Of a DNA stretch of 64,000 bases, positions 57,961 to 64,000 are shown piece by piece. A program made the translations under genes and the position numbers. The stretch comes from Epithemia pelagica. Its lineage: Eukaryota > Protista > Bacillariophyta. A model generated the notes under the pieces. That model saw only the letters and a list, made by a program, of their open reading frames with translations, was not told the origin of the DNA and ran no database searches. Position 1 is the stretch's first letter. Each line of letters opens with the position of its first letter. The DNA is taken from the NCBI GenBank assembly GCA_946965045.2, contig OX337229.1, forward strand, positions 682,001 to 746,000, in the 5' to 3' direction.

Positions 57961-58728
57961 AAGCTACGCTACGAGCTCCTCGTGCAGGTCGGGATTCGGG
58001 ATGGGGGCACCCAATGTGTGAACACCTCATCACGATGGTCTTGTTGCCTCGATGAGTGAAGCATACTAGGTATATCGATATGGTTTTCGAAGTTTGATGG
58101 TCGAGGTATTTGGGGATTCCCCCAGTTCATAGTGGCCGCGTGAATCCATGCGCCATTCCATTGAAACAGCTTTTGAAGAAGGTGCCTTCGGTCGGCATCC
58201 GGCACCCAATCAACTGCAATGACAGGAGCAGAAAATGTCGTGTGTCCGAGTAGAATTCTACGTACAACGACTAGCAGAATCTTAGGCCAATCCTTTAGCT
58301 CGCAAGACCAAATCAAAATTTCGTCATTTTGCGTCACGTTGACGTCATATATCCGGGTAAAAGAGCATTTCCGGATTTGTTCCAACCAATCCAGAACTCT
58401 GGATTTGTTCGAACAAATCCAGGAAATTCATTAGGGATAGTGTTTAACTGATGCTAGTGTAGAGGCTGCCTACAGTTTCGAATATGTCAGGCGGGCGTTC
58501 GACATGGTGGGCGGGCGTGACACATGATGGACGGGCGTTCGACTTCAACGGTATCCTTGCGCTTCCTTAGTACCCAAAAGTTTTAGTATTCAATTTTTCT
58601 AAGTGAAGGGTGGGGGAGGATGGGGGACAGGATTCGAAAAGGCGCGGTCTTTTGGATTTGTTTTGCGCATGCGTAAGGACGGCGTTAGGCACAATTTCCA
58701 AAACCAAATCCGGCCCGGCCCCGCACGG

Positions 58729-58858
58729 ATTGGTTTTGTTGAGCTAAAGGATTGGCCTTATCCACAATGCGCGTGAGCATGGCCAGATCTTTGCGAAAAA
58801 GTTTGAAGATACCACTTATGTCTCACGCCTGTCACAAAGATTTTTTCCGGGCGCGAAA
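58729..58858 (+). promoter_or_regulatory. Candidate cell-cycle promoter motifs upstream of the cyclin gene
   Basis: ATTGG at 58729 and 58751, TTTGAA at 58802, GCGCGAAA (reverse complement TTTCGCGC, E2F consensus) at 58851. Confidence 0.4.
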
Positions 58859-59135
58859 ACCATGGACTGTCCTCTCTTCAGTAATAGCGCCGGCATTGGA
58901 AGCAAGGACCGCGCACCACATCCCGAACGTATCTTTCGCCCCGGATCTGCGCCACAAAACCCGAATTTCGATCGAGAAGAAGTGAGAAAGACCACACCAA
59001 AATTGCATTTGCTGTAATATCTTGCGCTAAAAAATTAGAGGCGGCTCACCACGGCAAGCAACTCGTTAACGAACCATCTGTCCTTTCTACAACCACAAAG
59101 AGAGGGGAGACAATTTCACCAAGCAGCAAGGCGAG

Positions 59136-60347
59136 ATGGCGTATCTTTTGGATCAACTCGAGACCATGCTGGAGCAGGAGGTGTCGGCCTATGCAACGGT
59201 GGATTACTTGGCTCCAAGCTACCAGCAACGGCTTTTGGAAGAGGAAGCGCCTCCACAGCCGGTCGATCGGAATCCGTCCGAGCCGATCGATTCCTCGAAT
59301 TCCAGCTCCACTTCTCCCACCGAGGTGTCAACTGCCCGCGACAGAACATGTGGTGAATCATCATCGTCATCTTCCTCTACTTCTTCCGGGGGAACAAGCT
59401 CCTCAGGAATCAACGAACTGTGGAGAGAGAAGATCTGTGAATGGTGTTATCAGGTTGTTGATCATTTTGACTTGTCAAGAGAACTAGTAAGCATCACAAT
59501 GCACTATTTGGATCGTTTTCTTGCCAAGCGAAGTGTCAACAAAAGATTCTTCCAACTGGCGGCCATGTCTTGCCTTTCCTTAGCGGTCAAACTTCATTCG
59601 GGTCCTTCCACAAGCGCTTCCATTCCTCACTACAAGATCAGTATGACGTCCATGCTCGCATTGAGTCGAGGATACTTTACCGTGAAACAGATGGAGGCCA
59701 TGGAGATGTCAATCATGTGGTAAGTTGTCATTCGGATTGAATCGATAACTTGTAATGAGGCGGGATCCAACATAAAATGACCAGCGGTATCACTTTCTAA
59801 CATGGTTTTGCGTTATTCCTTCTGTTTTTGCAGTACCTTGGGATGGCACCTTCATCCTCCTACGTCTCTCACCATGACCAAGCACCTTTTGTACCTGCTT
59901 CCGCTTCCGTCGGTGTCCTTCCAGCACCGCCACAATGTCCTGGAACTGGCCCGATTCCTCAACGAGTTGAGTGTCATTGACTACTTCTTTGTTCCCCATC
60001 GTCCTTCGCATGTCGCGCTGGCGGCTGTGGCCAATGCCATGGAGGAACTCTCCTCGGTTGTCTCTAGTGATGAGGATTCTCAAGAAGAAAGAGATTCGGT
60101 GGAGCTTCTCTCAGCTCTGAATCTCAACCTCGAGGATCCCGCCGTCCTGGAATGTCGCCATCGATTGCGACTCTTGTACGCTCAAGGAGGATATGCGGCT
60201 CCTCGACAGTCTGCGTCAGTACGAACAAGTGCCAACGGACAGAGACAACGTCCATCCTCCACTCCATCTCCCGTCTGTGTGTCCTATGGGACCACAAACT
60301 ACCGACCAGAATATGCCGAAAACAAGGACGAAATCGAATCCTCATGA
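59136..60347 (+). CDS. Cyclin (diatom-type cyclin, N-terminal cyclin box); intron 59720-59833
   Basis: WREKICEWCYQVVDHFDLSRELV..MHYLDRFL, FQLAAMSCLSLAVKL, ME..I...LGWHLHPPT, ARFLNELSVIDYFF. Confidence 0.9.
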
Positions 60348-61004
60348 GCCAAGTTGATGATCCCTGCCGCCTTTTTGTGTATCGATGGGTGACGGTTGAC
60401 CTTCTACACACACGCATGGCAGGTAAGATCTTGTGCATGTTCCCCCCCACGCTATACACGGAGAGCCTGAAACGGGCTCTTGTCACCGTCTCCATCCAGT
60501 TTCACAGACACGGATTTACCGTTCTACCAATAACGAGTGCTTGTCATGTATACGAATACATTTCCAATCAAACTCCAACCAAGCTACGAAGACGCTGTTT
60601 CTTCGGTTCTGTATTATCCAGTTCTTTCCCCGTACTCTTCTTTTCATTTTTTTCTCGAGAACTTCTTGTAAACTAAATCCCCAATTGAACTATCAACTTC
60701 ACCTCGTATCTCGTATCTCCGCAGTTCAGAATCTGTGAGAAAGACCCAGTCTATACAGGAGCTTTCACACAGCCTTTCGCAGATTCTTGTCTTACGTTCC
60801 TTCTAAGGCTTCTAATTCATCGTTCAACGATGTGCAAGGGGCATATCCTATTCGTATCTCAACCTCTGGAGGCATGTCTGATAACATGGAAACTCTACTA
60901 GTACTATATCTTGCACTGGTGGTCCAACGCTGAACATTCTTTCACCCAATCTCTTCCTCCACACTTTGATTCCACAAATGACATGAAACACAGAGCTTTC
61001 TACT

Positions 61005-63017
61005 TTACTCGTCGTGGGGTTTCGGCTCCACGTCACCACTATCATCATCCTCGTTCTTCGTAGGCCCCTCGGTCAACTCAGCAGCTTGCTCCGGAACAAC
61101 CTCAGACTTGTTTACCTCGACCGCAGATTCCAAAGTGACTTCTTCGTTCTCAGGGTACGTTTCCAATACATGCTCTGCCTTTTCGGGATCGTAACGCCAT
61201 CGGCGAATAATAACATTGGGAGGAGGAGGTCCTAGAACGTGCAAGAGAACCGTCGAGGCATCGCAATCATCGTCGAGATCATACACTTCCGGGGGAGGAG
61301 CTGGTTCGCCAGCTTTTCGATCGCAATGGTTGCAACCCTCGGTACAGAAGAAAAAGCCCTTTCGACCAAAGAATCGACGGCATCCCATGGCGCGACAACA
61401 GGTGCCCTGTCGAAGCGCTGCAGATTTCTTGTAATCTTTGATTTGCTGAGTCCGCTCCATTTCGTAGCGCTCGTAGATCTAGATCATTGCGGTTTGAGGA
61501 CGAAAAAGAAACAGTTGAGAAACGAATAACAAGGCAACGCCCGCCAACTAGGCAAAGAGCCACTGACCTCGCGTGTTTGATCCGAGCAATGTTCGTCGGC
61601 ATAGGGAATGGTGCGCTTGGGATGCGTAAAGCTTTGACAGGGCGCAGCGTCACAGCAGGGGACACAAAAGGGTTCACAGCAGACATCACGTTTCAGTTTC
61701 TCTGGATCCGCAAGCTCATCAATATTCTCTCTCCAGTATTGCACGCATTTATCCATGTCCTCGCGCGAGATTGTCCGTCCTTCAAAGTATGCCTGCAACG
61801 CAATGGAACAAGCAAAGGCCACTTCATCAGGATAGGCCAATCCACCATAAAGATAAGAACAAAAGCAAATAGAACAGAGCCTGTTTTGGAGCCATAACAC
61901 GGAATGTTAGACAAATCTTTCAAAGATTTCAAGCGACGAGATTCCGGACCATAAACATACCACTCATCACACCACCATCCACCTGCGAAAGAAGACATTT
62001 GGTATCAGAAGTGAGCAACTATTCGGTGTCGACAAAGCGGCGCTCAAGACATGTAGCTTCTCAAAGCACACCAAGCTTACCGCAATCCGAAAAGCATCGA
62101 TTCCACAATGGGCCGTTGCATTGGCATCGGTGTCGCGCAACAGTTCCGCCATACACAGGCCAAAGACAGCACAGATATTTCAAAACACAGCATTTGACGC
62201 GTTGAAAGCCAAAGGCACCACGATCAAACGGGTGGGTCAGAACAGCATCCGCACTCCAGGATCCACATCTGTTGGCCAACGGAGAGGAAAGCAGACAAAA
62301 TGTTTGAGCTTCGACGATCTGATGGAGCAACATCATGAGACCTTAAGTCTCAGAAGGTTATGTCAGGATCACGTACCCACAGTATCCAAAAGGCCAGCGG
62401 GCAGTGGGGTTGTTAACTGTTTGTGTCGACCAGGAAAGTTAGAAGAGGAAGGTTCCATTCAAATAAAACTCAAACGGTGTTCAACTTACTAACAATTCGA
62501 TTCGGGTAAACACGGAAAAATGTTCTCGTCGAGTATTCTTTGCGAAGCCAGCAACACATTTGATCACAGCTGAAATACACACAAACATTTCCAATTCCAT
62601 TGGTAGCGATGAGTGTCAATACAGTCAGAAAGAATCCAGGCAAGAGAAGAATCCAGTACATGGGTCGGCAACATCGAAAGCCATATCCATGATCAATCAC
62701 TGCTTCGTAGAGCAAAAGATCCGAGTTCTGTGCGAGGTGTTTTTCCATGTGAGTAGAGGGGAGGCCATCCACATGATCAGGAACAAGATTTGAGCCTGCT
62801 CGGTTGGTACCAAAGTAGCTGTAATATGATCCCGTAGTTGTGGATGGAGCACCGTCCAAACAAATGGACAGATTGTAAGTTCAGATCTCTGGACGTCCTT
62901 CAACAAAACACGAAGGCACAAATCGACGTACCGGAGAGGTCCAATCACCTCTTCATCGAGATCTCCAGGATCTCGATAGATACGGCTGTTGTGCGGTGAA
63001 CTGCAACAACAACCCAT
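61005..63017 (-). CDS. Cys-rich membrane protein of unknown function, 7 exons
   Basis: Six canonical GT-AG introns join the fragmentary ORFs in frame: MGCCC...GPLR|YFGTNR...RIV|INNPTARWPFGYCG|CGSW...SDCG|GWWCDEW|LCSICF...TRE|IYERYEMERT. Intron spans about 62819-62931, 62419-62489, 62271-62378, 61983-62080, 61881-61960, 61479-61567. Confidence 0.75.
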
Positions 63018-64000
63018 TGTCTCCTTTTGCTTTTGCGAATTCTTGGTGTTTGACAGCTGATGTTGCTGCAACTGCTGGACTTATGCTTGTACCGGTCATG
63101 ATTTTTCGACCTCGGACAGATGGATCTTCTGCTTGTCCTTTTTTGGGGCTTGGGGTCGACAATCCCAATAAGAAAAAATGAGAGCCTGCCATGGCACGAC
63201 AAATCGATTTAAGAATCACGCCGGTCCTTCAACTGTCAGGCGCAGGAAGCATTGAATTATTTAAGATCATGACTCCCAAAATTTTCGCCTCGGGGGAAGC
63301 TTGGGGACCAACGGCAGAAAAGTTCTGTTAAGTAGTGTACTCTTATTCGTACTCGTACTTTATGGCGCGGATCGCATCCGGACTCGGAACCTGAAAGTCT
63401 TTCATTGCGGATGCAGACCACATTCCGGGTTCACTTTTGGCAGTGGGAACTGGAAGCTGTCAGGGATGAGAATTCATACCAAGCACGGAAGATTCACTAC
63501 GATATAGTAGGAGTTCCACCAACGCAGATACTTTCTCTGATTTCTGTTTGAGTTTCCTTGTAACAGAGAGAACTATGCGAAAATCTTTCACGTACTCTAA
63601 GTGCAACGTGGACGACCAATGACCGAGTTAAATGCAATGAATGGTACGTCTAATGCCATATAGTACGCACTACAAGTAGGAAGAAAAGAGACCTGATCGG
63701 ACGAAACGGGACAACCATTGATACCATTCATTCGTCACTACATCAAAATTATAGTTGAAGTGTGATTTGGAAACTCCGACGAAGAGCTTGTCACTCCTAT
63801 CACGAAACGCTTTCCGCGACGGACTCTAAATAGAGAGAGAGCAACGACTTGAAAAAAAGAATTCCTTCGTCAAAGTATGAATTGTAACAATAGTCGTTAA
63901 GAAGAAAAGAGAGTATATTTGGTGATATCATATTCGACAATCATTTTTCTCATCGATGCTTGCAGCTGTCAAGCGAGACGGAACTCAGCCCAGAACAGGT

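Noticed and set aside
62873-62931. Possible non-canonical GT-AA intron (TTACAA acceptor restores the frame)
   Set aside because: A canonical TTACAG acceptor at 62819-62820 also restores the frame with a normal 113-bp intron.

Overview
Eukaryotic genomic DNA with short GT-AG introns. It is most likely from a pennate diatom (inferred from ASAF-type bipartite presequences, diatom-type Copia elements and a diatom-type cyclin). Host genes include a GT34 glycosyltransferase, a START/cyclase protein, YL1/Vps72, three tandem Fringe/GT31-like paralogs, cytosolic GluRS, two Kelch paralogs, a large PPR protein with dsRBD-like repeats, 6PGL, an ankyrin protein, an ABC-F pseudogene, an SGNH-like protein, TIM50, proteasome alpha-3, a cyclin and a 7-exon Cys-rich membrane protein. 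Mobile DNA comprises three Ty1/Copia LTR retrotransposons, a MITE with a CTG target-site duplication and a ~227-bp dispersed/tandem repeat. The most unusual signals are four. (1) A Copia element whose gag and pol are in frame and separated by one UGA that sits in a predicted RNA stem, followed by a transmembrane-like linker. (2) A ~1.6-kb non-coding tract made of many different 7-bp tandem duplications. (3) Two Copia elements fused tail-to-tail. (4) A Copia element carrying an extra ORF upstream of gag. All calls come from reading motifs by eye; no database searches were run.
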